64,000 nucleotides of DNA from Thermoprotei archaeon (GCA_003649205.1 QMRC01000001.1:64001-128000), one strand, 5' to 3'. Positions 10,598 to 21,053 are shown, numbered from the stretch's first letter. The notes: generated from the letters alone by a model not told the origin. Program-made: numbers and translations.

Positions 10598-11539
10598 CTA
10601 CCTCAGCACACCTACCAGTAAGTACGCTATAAGAGCAATACCTGCACCCAATAAGGTTCCCTTCCTAATTTGCTCAAGTTCTCTCCTCTTTAATCGATAC
10701 CTCAGTAACATCAGTCCTGACCTAGCATATATTGCGTCAGTGAGCAGTATCAGAGGTAGGTAAGTGAGTACTGCGTAGATCGATGTTAGGTATGTAACGG
10801 CGACTAGTGACAGCGCTATAGCTGTGAAGAAGCACATAGCAGCTATCTTCTGTGCAGCCTCACGCCCGTAGACTATAGCCCATGTCCTTATGCCTACTCT
10901 GTAATCTCCCTCAATATCTATCACTCCTTTAACGACCTCCCTACCGTACATAGCGAGAGTTGCTGTTACGTAGAAGAGTATCAGTAGGGGTAGTGTACCT
11001 ACATCAGGTACCTTAACTAGCGTATAGCCGTAGAGTAGAGGTGCTGAAGAAGCTGTGGCTACAATCAGATTACCTACTGGTCCTACCTTCTTCACCCGTA
11101 CATTGTATGCATGTCCAAGAGACAGGAATACTATCAATACTGCAAGCTGAAGGTAAGTACTGTACCTAAGTGCTAGGTACGTAGCAATAGCTAATGCTGA
11201 AACTAGTGAGATCACTCCAATCCCTAGGGCTTCCTTTGGAGCTAAGTCACCTCTAACTAGTGGTCTCCAAGGTGCATTTACCCTATCCTCCTCAATATTG
11301 TAGTAGTCATTAAGGGCGAAGAGAGAGAACTCAGCTAACGTAGCCACCAGGGTACCAGCTACGAGGACTTCGTAGTTCACCACTCTTGACGCCAGGAAGT
11401 ACCCTGCTACGAGAGCTAGAATTACTGGTGGTACATGTTCTACACGTACTAGCTCTAGTACCGCTTTAAGTTTCACAGAGCTACAGGCTACTACGTGGTC
11501 TATTAGAGTTTCATTTAGGAGCAAGCTTAAATACCTCAA
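10598..11539 (-). CDS. UbiA-family prenyltransferase (DGGGP synthase-like, ether lipid synthesis)
   Basis: LNDYYNIEEDRVNAPWRPL, REVVKGVIDIEGD, multiple TM helices. Confidence 0.85.
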   Translation of the reverse strand: MRYLSLLLNETLIDHVVACSSVKLKAVLELVRVEHVPPVILALVAGYFLASRVVNYEVLVAGTLVATLAEFSLFALNDYYNIEEDRVNAPWRPLVRGDLAPKEALGIGVISLVSALAIATYLALRYSTYLQLAVLIVFLSLGHAYNVRVKKVGPVGNLIVATASSAPLLYGYTLVKVPDVGTLPLLILFYVTATLAMYGREVVKGVIDIEGDYRVGIRTWAIVYGREAAQKIAAMCFFTAIALSLVAVTYLTSIYAVLTYLPLILLTDAIYARSGLMLLRYRLKRRELEQIRKGTLLGAGIALIAYLLVGVLR

Positions 11540-11568
11540 CTAGTGTCGTGACTTGAGCGTGTTACCCT

Positions 11569-12030
11569 ATGACTCGATGGCATAGATCTAGACAAGATCT
11601 CGATCCTGAGAAGACCGTTTGGGCTTGTGGTAGGGACCTGAGAATATCGTGGAAGTTTGCTGTCGAGGTCTGTAGAGCTATCAAGGGTTTAACTCTCAGA
11701 GAAGCCATGAAGTACATGGAGGATGTCATCAAGTTGAAGAGACTTGTACCCATTAGAACATATAAGAAGAAGGTTGCTCATCATGCAGGTATTGAGGGCT
11801 GGCCTGTTGCTAGATGGCCAAGGAAGGTAGCTAAGGCGGTACTAGATGTGCTTAAAAACCTCGAGAATAATGCTAGGGTAAAGGGTATGGATCCAGAGAG
11901 ATTAGTGATAGTACATGCAGCAGCTATGAAGGGTACTAGGATAGTTAAGTATATACCGAGAGCATTCGGTAGAAGTACGCCATTCTTCCAGCAGCTAGTT
12001 CATATTGAGATAGCTGCTCAAGAGAGATAA
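11569..12030 (+). CDS. rpl22: 50S ribosomal protein uL22
   Basis: ISWKFAVEVCRAIKG, PRAFGRS, HIEI. Confidence 0.95.
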   Translation: MTRWHRSRQDLDPEKTVWACGRDLRISWKFAVEVCRAIKGLTLREAMKYMEDVIKLKRLVPIRTYKKKVAHHAGIEGWPVARWPRKVAKAVLDVLKNLENNARVKGMDPERLVIVHAAAMKGTRIVKYIPRAFGRSTPFFQQLVHIEIAAQER

Positions 12031-12039
12031 CCACCTAAC

Positions 12040-13125
12040 CTATAGACTCCACCAATTCCTCAGCTTCTTCCTCAGATTCCTCATAGTACTCTTCACAAAA
12101 TTCCTCACTACCTGTGATGTCGATCTCCTCTCTTCCCTAAAGAACTCTCTTCCACCAGTAAGTACTGACACCATATTGACCAAGCCCCTAGCTAAGGCTA
12201 ACTCGTTGTAACCACCTTCGAGGAATACGATGCAGCACTTCCTCTCAACAGATTCGTCAACTACATCCCTTAGGAATGTAGCTATCTGCGTGTAGTCAGA
12301 TACCGAGAGCAGGAAATCACCACTTGGATCACTTAGGTGAGTATCAAAACCCATGGATACCAGAAGCACCTCAGGCTTATACTGCTTTAGTACGGGCTTA
12401 ACTATCGTATTCAGTTGATGTAGGTACACATCGCCTGCCGTACCTGGAGGTAAGGGGATGTTTATCGTAAACCCTTCACCATCACCACGACCAAGCTCAT
12501 CAATCCAACCACTAGTGAAGGTACTGAACTCACTATACTCATGAATTGATATGAAAAGTACGGAAGATGTATCGTAGAATATTTCCTGTGTCCCATCTCC
12601 GTGATGAAGGTCTAGATCCAGAATAGCTACCTTCTTAAACTCGTGAACATCTAGTAGGTACTTAGCCGTGTAAGCTACAGCATTGAAAAGACAATACCTA
12701 CCAGCTCTTGACTTACCTGCTCTATGACTTGGTGGTCTAGCTACCACAAACCCAACCCTCAGCTTTCCCTCAGCTACTAAATCAGCACACAACTTACCTG
12801 CACCAAGGACATGTAGAGAAGCTTCGTAGAGTTCTGAACTCACATAGACCTCTCCTAGAGACCATGAACTACCACTCCTCAGAGCCCTCTTAATCTGATT
12901 CAGGTACTGCTGTGTGTGCACTCTAAGGACTTCAGCCTCATCCACTGGCTTTGGTTCAAGAAATAATAGTCTCTTGACTAGTGGAGGGTACATTTTCAAT
13001 AGCTTGAGTACTGTATGGATTCTTTCAGGTGTATCGAGGTAATTTGGTCTAGGTGCTCTATACTTCGTAAAGATATCGGATGTAACTACGATGTATTCAC
13101 TCATTACTCTCACGTAAGTAGTCAA
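12040..13125 (-). CDS. Histone deacetylase-family (Zn-dependent amidohydrolase) protein with altered catalytic His dyad; real start probably 13104
   Basis: DLDLHHGDGT, GFDTH..DP, EGGY; RPPSHRA replaces RPPGHHA. Confidence 0.88.
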   Translation of the reverse strand: MTTYVRVMSEYIVVTSDIFTKYRAPRPNYLDTPERIHTVLKLLKMYPPLVKRLLFLEPKPVDEAEVLRVHTQQYLNQIKRALRSGSSWSLGEVYVSSELYEASLHVLGAGKLCADLVAEGKLRVGFVVARPPSHRAGKSRAGRYCLFNAVAYTAKYLLDVHEFKKVAILDLDLHHGDGTQEIFYDTSSVLFISIHEYSEFSTFTSGWIDELGRGDGEGFTINIPLPPGTAGDVYLHQLNTIVKPVLKQYKPEVLLVSMGFDTHLSDPSGDFLLSVSDYTQIATFLRDVVDESVERKCCIVFLEGGYNELALARGLVNMVSVLTGGREFFREERRSTSQVVRNFVKSTMRNLRKKLRNWWSL

Positions 13126-15823
13126 GTAATGTCTTTCTAACCTTATCTACCTTCCTACCATAACCTTCAAGAACTTCACCACCTAATGAACTCCTCTTCT
13201 CCCTATGGTAACTAACCTCAGTAACTCCTCGCTTAAGTAATTCAGATGCTTGCTCCTTAATCCTCCTAGCGAGTGTTGGTCCAATGGTAGGTACCTTCAT
13301 CAACTTCTCGAGAGGTGCTTCAGCAATATCCCTTAAGGTCTTAAAGCCATACCTATAGAGGTACCGTGCTCTAACCCTACCAACACCTTCAAGATTCTCA
13401 ACTAGTTCAAGTAATTCAGCACGTACACCGTACTTTACTCTCCTCATAAGTACATTGAGTGCTCCAGCATGTTGCTTAAGACCAAGTAACTTAGCTAGTG
13501 AGTGAGCTGAGTACAGTAACCACTCACCTAACTCAACGTAGGATCTTAGATCACCACTACCAACATCAAATTCCTCCACAATTTCATCTTCACTAGCCTC
13601 ATTAATCCACCTGTATAGAAGGTACGCAGTTTTGAGTACAGGTACCTGATCTTCAACATCGACAAAACCATATTGCTCACTTACGTCGAGTGGTAGTACC
13701 GACCTATACTTCTCAAGTAGCTCCACGTACTTCTCCACCTCACTCCTCCTAACGTATAGCCTGGGTATGTCCGGAGTTAAGGCTATTAGGTAGAGGTAAC
13801 CTAGCTCACTTAACTGCTTTCTACTCCTTAAACCACTCAGAATTATGGATGCTGTTTCCGGGTCTATGTACAACTCACACACTCTTGCCCCTAGGTTAGT
13901 TACCTTAACTTCATCACCATTCACCGAGATGAATCCTCTACTCTCTAGGTAGGTGAGAGTACTACGCATCAGTGCTTTGAAACCAAAATCACTAACGAGC
14001 TTCTGTTGGTGGAAGTAGAACGTCAACTTCAAGACCTCCTCTACATCTCCGATAGTCTTAGCGAATCCCTCAGCTATTGTAGCTAGGACATGAGTTCTCA
14101 ACGAAGACTCAGTAGCTAGCTTAGAGGTTATGGGTTCAGGATTTGCTAGTATGTACCTCTCCATTAGGTACCTCTTCTCTTCAAGACACCTAGCAATCAA
14201 GATAGCTTCACCATACTCATCGAACTGAGGTCTACCTGCTCTACCAGCCATTTGCTTGTACTCCATGATCGTGATAGGTACGTAACCTCTACCAGGTTCA
14301 TACCGCCTATAGTCATAGACAACAACTCTCCTCGCCGGTAGATTCACACCAGCTGCTAACGTAGGTGTAGCTACAACAACCTTAAGCACTCTACTTCGAA
14401 ATGCTCTCTCAATGACACGTCTCTGAGCATGAGATAAGCCAGCGTGGTGATAAGAGACACCACACTGAATTAACTTAGCTAATTGCTCACCTATTCTAGA
14501 TGCTTCACTCACCTGGTAAATCTCCTCAGCAACTGAGCTAAGTCTACCCAAGTCATCTGAATCAAGAAGCTTCCTAACGTAATCACTTAACTTCTCTGCA
14601 AGCTGAACAGCTCTCTGTCGAGTAGAGACAAAGATAAGTACTTGTCCTCCCTCAAGTAGGCAATCTCTAACGAGTGAATAGGGTAGAGGCTCAGGACTTA
14701 ACTTCTTAATAGTACCGTCAGAGAACTCAACAGTACCATCAACGTAGACTCCCTCCTTAAGTGGTGTTGGTCTCCAAGTATTCACGATAGGTGTAGCACC
14801 TAACCAACTAGCTATCTCCTCAGGATTACCAATAGTAGCACTAAGAGCAATTAACTGAATACCTCTCAACCTCTTCCTCAACTTAGTTATCAACATCTCC
14901 AAAGTAGGACCTCTCTTGACCTCACTAATCATGTGTATCTCATCAATGACAACAGTACCAACATCACTCAACCACGGTGCTCTATGCCTAATCAAGCTAT
15001 CTAACTTCTCATACGTATTGTGACACAAAACGCAGGCATCTCCAGCAATGAAGTTCTCATAGCCGGGAACAGAGAAGTCACATACATAACCACGGTAGTT
15101 AATCCAGGAAACACGCTTAACTTCGAGAGATTTCAAAACTCCATCCTGAACTGCAGGAACCTTCATACCCCTCTTAACGTACTGAGCTTCGTAGAGTTTC
15201 ACCTCATTACGGTCAAAGACATAGATACTGTGATTTGGGGTAACCCTCACACTCCTTCCATTACAGAACTCCAATTCAATAACTGGACCAGAGTACGGGT
15301 ACCTTATTAAGAGACTTGGAATTGCTTCAACAACCTGAAGATTCTCAACGTCAACTGACAATACGTGAAACAGATCATCAACCCGATTCAGTAACTCACG
15401 AAATGTAGTGTGGATAAGTTCTCCACGAGAGATAACTACCGTAACCTCATCTTCAGGAAGAGACGTAACTATTATGTCGTAGTTCCTTAACCAAGCATCC
15501 CGAGAATCGTAATCACCAGTCGATATAGCTACCCTAATACCAAGCTCCTCCCAAACACGAAATTCCTCAAACTTCTCAGTAGCTAAAGCTCTAAGAGGTG
15601 TTAGGTAAATTGCTTTACCGTAACCCTCTAGCACGTTCTTAACCATAGCTAACTCTGCAACCAATGTCTTACCGGAAGCTGTTGGTGTTGAGAGGAGGAT
15701 ATTTCTCCTCTCTAAGACACCAGCTCTAATAGCCTCTTCTTGAGGTGGATAAAGCTCCTCAATACCTCTTCTCCTAACCACCTCAATTACCTTCGGTGGT
15801 AGCGGTAGATCATCTACCCTCAT
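13097..15823 (-). CDS. hel308: Hel308/Ski2-like DEAD/DEAH helicase with mini-intein
   Basis: LYPPQ, PTASGKT, DEIH, SAT, QMAGRAGR, C-terminal GVGRVRAR HhH. Confidence 0.93.
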   Translation of the reverse strand: MRVDDLPLPPKVIEVVRRRGIEELYPPQEEAIRAGVLERRNILLSTPTASGKTLVAELAMVKNVLEGYGKAIYLTPLRALATEKFEEFRVWEELGIRVAISTGDYDSRDAWLRNYDIIVTSLPEDEVTVVISRGELIHTTFRELLNRVDDLFHVLSVDVENLQVVEAIPSLLIRYPYSGPVIELEFCNGRSVRVTPNHSIYVFDRNEVKLYEAQYVKRGMKVPAVQDGVLKSLEVKRVSWINYRGYVCDFSVPGYENFIAGDACVLCHNTYEKLDSLIRHRAPWLSDVGTVVIDEIHMISEVKRGPTLEMLITKLRKRLRGIQLIALSATIGNPEEIASWLGATPIVNTWRPTPLKEGVYVDGTVEFSDGTIKKLSPEPLPYSLVRDCLLEGGQVLIFVSTRQRAVQLAEKLSDYVRKLLDSDDLGRLSSVAEEIYQVSEASRIGEQLAKLIQCGVSYHHAGLSHAQRRVIERAFRSRVLKVVVATPTLAAGVNLPARRVVVYDYRRYEPGRGYVPITIMEYKQMAGRAGRPQFDEYGEAILIARCLEEKRYLMERYILANPEPITSKLATESSLRTHVLATIAEGFAKTIGDVEEVLKLTFYFHQQKLVSDFGFKALMRSTLTYLESRGFISVNGDEVKVTNLGARVCELYIDPETASIILSGLRSRKQLSELGYLYLIALTPDIPRLYVRRSEVEKYVELLEKYRSVLPLDVSEQYGFVDVEDQVPVLKTAYLLYRWINEASEDEIVEEFDVGSGDLRSYVELGEWLLYSAHSLAKLLGLKQHAGALNVLMRRVKYGVRAELLELVENLEGVGRVRARYLYRYGFKTLRDIAEAPLEKLMKVPTIGPTLARRIKEQASELLKRGVTEVSYHREKRSSLGGEVLEGYGRKVDKVRKTLLDYLRESNE
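15017..15463 (-). mobile_element. Mini-intein (149 aa, no endonuclease) in Hel308 between DIIVT and TYEK
   Basis: Starts SLPEDE; block B VTPNH; block F YVCDFSV..ENF; ends CHN followed by Thr; removal restores DIIVTTYEK. Confidence 0.9.
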
Positions 15824-15830
15824 GACGTAG

Positions 15831-18800
15831 CTACACCTTAACCCTCTTTATGTAACCTGGCTTCGGTTCATATAACTCTCCTTGTCTCTTAAGGGTCTCA
15901 ATAGCTTTCTCAACGAATTCCCTATCTATACCCTCCTCCTCAGCTCTCTTAATTAACTCAGATACCTTAACCTTTCCTTTCTCCTCTTCCATGGACTTGA
16001 TGATATCCATCAACCTAGCTAGCTTCTCCTGCTGTGACCTAGGTCTACCAGCCATCACTATGTCAATGTCTAGAGTACCTGAACTCAAGTCCATACCAGC
16101 ACTCTTCAGGAACTCCATCATCAACCTGATAGCTGCTTCAGCATCCTCGAGGGTCACTACAGGTCTAAGAGCCATCCTAGCCTCAGCCTCGGCCAACCTA
16201 ATGAGAGCCTCTAATTGCCTAGCTGTTATAGCTATTGGTGAGTTAGGTCCCTGACTCTGTCTCCTCAGCTCGAGAAAGAACTGCTCAATCCTCCTAGCAG
16301 CTTCAGGAGATAGCTTAGGCTTCACGTACTTCCTAGCGTACGCAATGTACTTCCTAAGGAGATCAGGCGGTATGATGTCCCTAAACTCCTCAGGTGTAGC
16401 ACCCTGATGAAGCATGGTGATGTGTCTAGCAAGTGCTGTGTCCCTACTCTGCTCTGGTTCATCCCTAATGATGAATATTAGGTCGAACCTAGATAGAATC
16501 GTTACAGGTAGATCAATGTTCTCGGCTAACGTCCTATTGGGTAGATACCTACCGTACGCAGGGTTCGCAGCAGCCAATATAGCGCACCTAGCATTTAGAG
16601 TCGCTACAATACCTGCCTTAGCAATGCTAATAGTCTGCTGCTCCATAGCCTCATGAATAGCAACCCTATCCCTAGACTCCATCTTCTCAAGCTCATCAAT
16701 ACAGCAAACACCACCATCAGCAAGAACAAGAGCACCAGCCTCAAGATAGTACTCACCAGTAGCCTTATCACGAACAACTGCAGCGGTAAGACCTGCAGCT
16801 GTTGACCCTTTACCTGTCGTGTATACTCCTCGAGGAGCAACACGAGCAACGAACTTTAGAAGCTGACTATTGTGAACAAATATAAGTCCATAACCAGCTA
16901 CGAAGTTCTCATAATCCTCCACCGATAGGTCATATACGTACTCACTATGCTCTGGCTCTACTTCGCTTATACTCACTTCCTTGACTTCAGCTACGAGATC
17001 CCAACCCAGATACTCGTTCTCAAGGAATCTAGCTAGCTTTTGGATACCAGACAATTCTCCACATTCAGTTACCTTAGCCCTTTCCATCAACTTCTGAACC
17101 ATCCTGTGTGCATATGCCCTACCTACGTAGCCCCTATACACTTTACCTCGAAATTCGCTTCCTAAACTCCTAAGCCTTCCTCTGCAAAAACCTAGGAGGG
17201 AAATTTCACGAACTAATTCCCGAGGTACTGGAACGATATCATCTGTAGTTCGTGGTTCAGCTACTTGAGCTAACCGTAGCATCTTATCTTCAGATATCAG
17301 CTGGACAACGCTCTTCAACTTAGAGATGTCAAGAACACGGATCGTGTATACCATGAGTTCTTTACCCTTATACAGCTTCACTCCTGTGCGTAAACTATGC
17401 CAAATACCTAGCCTGGTAAGTGCTAGAGAGAAAGCAGTAGCTAGTTCCCGATTAACTAAGGTTAAGGAGATTTCACCGTGATGAGACTTTCCACATTCCT
17501 TGACACGCGGTATGGCTATGTATCCATCGCTCTCTAATAGTCCTGAAATAAAACCTGCCACAAATTCCTCAGGACCATTCAATAGAAGCTCATAGGGTAC
17601 GTACTTCAACCTAGTCTCATAACCCTTAACCTTCTCTCTATGGAGTGCATGTTTGTCTCGAATGAACTGTTTTAACCATTCAACTACGGCATCTCTCTGG
17701 CAGATTAGTTTGTAAGTCATAGACCTACTATCATGTATATGCAAGCTACAAATTGTGCTAAACTTATTCTGCAGTATCTCGGATATCTTCACCAAAACAT
17801 TAGGGTCTAGAGAGGTAAGTTCAAATCGTTCACCACTAGTAACCTTCGCTATCGTACCATCTCCTAAGAACATACCAACGAGATAACCAATATCCCAATC
17901 AAGTTGCATACCGTGGAAATTGGTGAGTTTTTCAGTACTTACTGGGAGAATTCTCCTCAGTACTGGAACTATGCTCTTGCCCGGTATTAGGTCCTGTGCT
18001 CTAGCAACAGCCAGTTTACTACCATTAAACACAAGGATGCTATGATCTTTCGTCACTACAATAGTTCTTCCTGTCTTAGTCTTGACAAGAACTACTTTCT
18101 CTGGTGCTCTGTGTCTAATAACTGCACGTACTTTCTTCCACTCTACAGTAAAGTCTTCTGGATTCACAGAAGGGACATAGATCTCTACACCGACATCTCT
18201 CAGGTAAAGGATCTCGCTTTCACCCTCTACCTTAACCCTGTTTCGATACTGCTCGATCAGTGTATCAACGATTTCACCAATAGGTCTAAACTGTAGGCCC
18301 TTACCTGGTTCGTAGTACAGAACAGGTACACTATATGTCAAGCTTTTGCCTGTTCCAGGATCGCCAACCAGTAGTATGTGTATGTCCCCTCTCACCCTAA
18401 CTCCGTCTGGGTACACCTTGGGTACTCCTCCAAAGAGTAGGCATGCTATTGCCTCCTTGATTGGCCTCATTCCGTGTATTGATGGTGCTATTGACTTCAC
18501 TATTCTCTCCTTTATCCTCGGGTCCTTAGCTAGCTCAAGTATCTTCTTCTCATCTTCAGGAGTGATCTCTACCTCTGCAAATTCCTTAGTCTGTGCCTCA
18601 ATGTAGTTGATGTCTAGGTACGCTGAGAAGACTGGTGGTTTACTCTTCTTGAGACTCTCCTGCTGTATTCTGAGTACACCAATAGCAACTACTCTATCAC
18701 CTGGTTTCACGGTATCGACTAGGTCATCAATTAGTATTGCCTCTAGTGATCTAGGTAGTTGACCTGGTGGTAAGTCCTCAGGTTTCTCCTGAATTACTAT

Positions 18801-19409
18801 CTTCTGCCAATCAATGTACTCACACTTCTCCTCAATGAGTTCAAATGGCCCTCTCCTACTTGGGCAAGCCTCATTGGGGCACTTAGTTGGTGTTACGAAG
18901 TGTGCTGCTACCTGTGGTACCTCGATCTCTGTTCCACAGGCCTTACACCTGAAGATTGCCTTGATTAACTGATGCTTCACTGGTGTTGCTCTTGTTACGA
19001 TACCCTCAACCATTATGAGCTTATCTATGTGGTGTGCTCTCAACCTCCTAATGCTAACTACTTCAGGTAGTTTACGGAATCTGACATTGAATTTCTTGTG
19101 CTTCTGTGCGTACTCACTATCCTCTATCTTGATAGCTTCTCTCAATGCTTCTGAGAGTACCGGTATCACTTCAAGTGGTTTCTCAACAATTAACTCAGCT
19201 AGTGAGCTATCGTATGTAAGTAGGTCAGGAAAATCTACGACTAGTGACTTACTGTTCTCTGCTATTAACCTAGCTATCCTAGCTCTGTACTTGTAACCCT
19301 CTTCCGGCGTGTAGTAGCTCTTGAGGAAGTTGAGGAATCTCTCACCTATTGTCTCTGGTGGTTTTGGTGTTATGATTGAGAGTTCAGGTGCTTCACCTGA
19401 GGTAGCCAC
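15831..19409 (-). CDS. mcm: Replicative MCM helicase with intein
   Basis: Zn finger, GDPGTGK|SQLL Walker A, GLTAAV, IDELEKM, SRFD. Confidence 0.96.
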   Translation of the reverse strand: MATSGEAPELSIITPKPPETIGERFLNFLKSYYTPEEGYKYRARIARLIAENSKSLVVDFPDLLTYDSSLAELIVEKPLEVIPVLSEALREAIKIEDSEYAQKHKKFNVRFRKLPEVVSIRRLRAHHIDKLIMVEGIVTRATPVKHQLIKAIFRCKACGTEIEVPQVAAHFVTPTKCPNEACPSRRGPFELIEEKCEYIDWQKIVIQEKPEDLPPGQLPRSLEAILIDDLVDTVKPGDRVVAIGVLRIQQESLKKSKPPVFSAYLDINYIEAQTKEFAEVEITPEDEKKILELAKDPRIKERIVKSIAPSIHGMRPIKEAIACLLFGGVPKVYPDGVRVRGDIHILLVGDPGTGKSLTYSVPVLYYEPGKGLQFRPIGEIVDTLIEQYRNRVKVEGESEILYLRDVGVEIYVPSVNPEDFTVEWKKVRAVIRHRAPEKVVLVKTKTGRTIVVTKDHSILVFNGSKLAVARAQDLIPGKSIVPVLRRILPVSTEKLTNFHGMQLDWDIGYLVGMFLGDGTIAKVTSGERFELTSLDPNVLVKISEILQNKFSTICSLHIHDSRSMTYKLICQRDAVVEWLKQFIRDKHALHREKVKGYETRLKYVPYELLLNGPEEFVAGFISGLLESDGYIAIPRVKECGKSHHGEISLTLVNRELATAFSLALTRLGIWHSLRTGVKLYKGKELMVYTIRVLDISKLKSVVQLISEDKMLRLAQVAEPRTTDDIVPVPRELVREISLLGFCRGRLRSLGSEFRGKVYRGYVGRAYAHRMVQKLMERAKVTECGELSGIQKLARFLENEYLGWDLVAEVKEVSISEVEPEHSEYVYDLSVEDYENFVAGYGLIFVHNSQLLKFVARVAPRGVYTTGKGSTAAGLTAAVVRDKATGEYYLEAGALVLADGGVCCIDELEKMESRDRVAIHEAMEQQTISIAKAGIVATLNARCAILAAANPAYGRYLPNRTLAENIDLPVTILSRFDLIFIIRDEPEQSRDTALARHITMLHQGATPEEFRDIIPPDLLRKYIAYARKYVKPKLSPEAARRIEQFFLELRRQSQGPNSPIAITARQLEALIRLAEAEARMALRPVVTLEDAEAAIRLMMEFLKSAGMDLSSGTLDIDIVMAGRPRSQQEKLARLMDIIKSMEEEKGKVKVSELIKRAEEEGIDREFVEKAIETLKRQGELYEPKPGYIKRVKV
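16869..18344 (-). mobile_element. Full-length intein (492 aa) with LAGLIDADG homing endonuclease in the MCM P-loop
   Basis: Starts SLTYS after GTGK; block B VTKDH; LAGLIDADG motifs YLVGMFLGDG and FISGLLESDG; block F YVYDLSV..ENF; ends VHN followed by Ser. Confidence 0.93.
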
Positions 19410-19420
19410 AGCTAATCACC

Positions 19421-19981
19421 TTACTTGAACTCGTTCTCTAGGAATGAGAGCCAAGAACCTAACTCCTTACATAGCTTAATGTACAGCATACGCTCCTCAA
19501 TAGTTAGCTTCTCAAGAACTTCCTGTCGTGGATTAGGGTTCGATAACGCTATCTTAACGATCTTGACTAACCTCCTCTTCATCAGATCAAGAACCTTGAT
19601 CTTGACATACTGTGCCTCCTGTGCTAGCAATATGGGGTTTACAGATGTTGATTCCCTAGCAAGCTGTTCCAGTGACTTGAGATAGAGCTTAACCCTATGG
19701 AGGAAGTCCTCATCTAGCTTCTGAAGTTGCTCACTCCTCTCCTCAATCCAGAGTAACTTACTTAACTCAATTGATGTAGGTAACTTCTTCGTATTGACTT
19801 TAGCTAAATTACCTCTCAACAACATATCAGCTATGTACCTAGGTAGCTCAACATTGTCACCAGGTGAGTAAGGTCCAATAGCTTCACCACAGTACTCTAC
19901 CCTGGGTATGTTTACGAGAATTGTGAGGGGGATCTTCCACGAAGTATCTATGGAGGTATACAGCACCTTGAATAAACCCAT
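19421..19981 (-). CDS. GINS subunit (Gins23-like)
   Basis: N-terminal B domain (IGPYSPGDNVELPRYIA), RRLVKIVKIA..LTIEE; directly upstream of mcm; ATG at 19981 follows GGTGAG. Confidence 0.8.
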   Translation of the reverse strand: MGLFKVLYTSIDTSWKIPLTILVNIPRVEYCGEAIGPYSPGDNVELPRYIADMLLRGNLAKVNTKKLPTSIELSKLLWIEERSEQLQKLDEDFLHRVKLYLKSLEQLARESTSVNPILLAQEAQYVKIKVLDLMKRRLVKIVKIALSNPNPRQEVLEKLTIEERMLYIKLCKELGSWLSFLENEFK

Positions 19982-20211
19982 GTACTCACCAAAGTATGCA
20001 CTCAATTTGATTTATGAGGGGGAATTGGATAAGGTGTGCGAGGTAGCTCTACGTACCTACGACCTATATAGAGCCTATAGATGATCGCTCGGTAGGGGGT
20101 GTGATGCCGAGGAAGAGGTATGATCTCAATGCACTTGAGGTAAAAAGGAGGGAATAAGTGAGTATTATCTCCCTGAAGTTGATGAGAGAAGGAACCTCCA
20201 CTAGGTGCGCT

Positions 20212-20463
20212 CTACCTAGCTACTAGCTTTCTAGCTTCTCTCTCAGTCTCGCGAAGCATTAGTATGTCTCCAACTCTGACAGGGCCTCTTACGTTCCTCG
20301 TTATTATCCTACCCTTGTCCCTACCTTCAAGGATCTTGCACCTTACCTGAACAACCTCGCCAGCTACACCTGTTCTACCGATGATCTGGACTACCATTGC
20401 TGCTACAGCATCTTCGTATGGAGATACCTTCTCCTCTCTCCTCTTCTCCTCCTTAGCTGACAT
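20212..20463 (-). CDS. rps28e: 30S ribosomal protein eS28
   Basis: [33 protein letters not shown]. Confidence 0.96.
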   Translation of the reverse strand: MSAKEEKRREEKVSPYEDAVAAMVVQIIGRTGVAGEVVQVRCKILEGRDKGRIITRNVRGPVRVGDILMLRETEREARKLVAR

Positions 20464-20479
20464 ACTGAATCACCATGAG

Positions 20480-20920
20480 TTACTTCTTAGCTGGTGCTAG
20501 ACCTGCCTTCACCTTAATCTCATTGAGCTGCTTGATAATCTCCTCAATTAAGTCCTTTGCCTGACCTGGCTCGATTATGCATGCTGATGCTGCAGCAACT
20601 TCAATACCTGCTGCTTGTCCTAGCCTCTGCTTGGATGGTACGTAGATGTATGGTATACCTTTCTCCTCACAGAGTAGTGGTAAGTGTGCAACGATCTCTG
20701 GTGGATCAACGTCCTCAGCTATGAGAACGAGCTTTGCTTGCCCTCTCTCAACTGCTTTAGTCGTCTCATTTGTACCCTTCCTGATCTTACCTGTCTGTCT
20801 AGCTATTGAGAGTGCTTCGTATGCCTTCTCAGCTAGTTCTGGTGGAACTACGAACCTGACGTAGAATGGCTTACCTGGTATTGCTCCTTGTGCATACTCA
20901 CGAATTCTCTCACTTGCCAT
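20480..20920 (-). CDS. rpl7ae: 50S ribosomal protein L7Ae (kink-turn binding)
   Basis: [24 protein letters not shown]; start set at MASER. Confidence 0.96.
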   Translation of the reverse strand: MASERIREYAQGAIPGKPFYVRFVVPPELAEKAYEALSIARQTGKIRKGTNETTKAVERGQAKLVLIAEDVDPPEIVAHLPLLCEEKGIPYIYVPSKQRLGQAAGIEVAAASACIIEPGQAKDLIEEIIKQLNEIKVKAGLAPAKK

Positions 20921-21053
20921 AGATTCAACACCCCAGTGTGTCAACTAACTCACTATTGTGGCAATTTAAATTTTCCTCGCTGTAGAGAACCTACTTGAAC
21001 TTGGAAGAGAGTTTATAAGGTTGTTACCTTGAGTAAGGTGCAGGTGACTTACC

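Noticed and set aside
20006-20211. Replication origin next to gins/mcm
   Set aside because: No ORB repeats, AT-rich unwinding element or cdc6 gene recognised.
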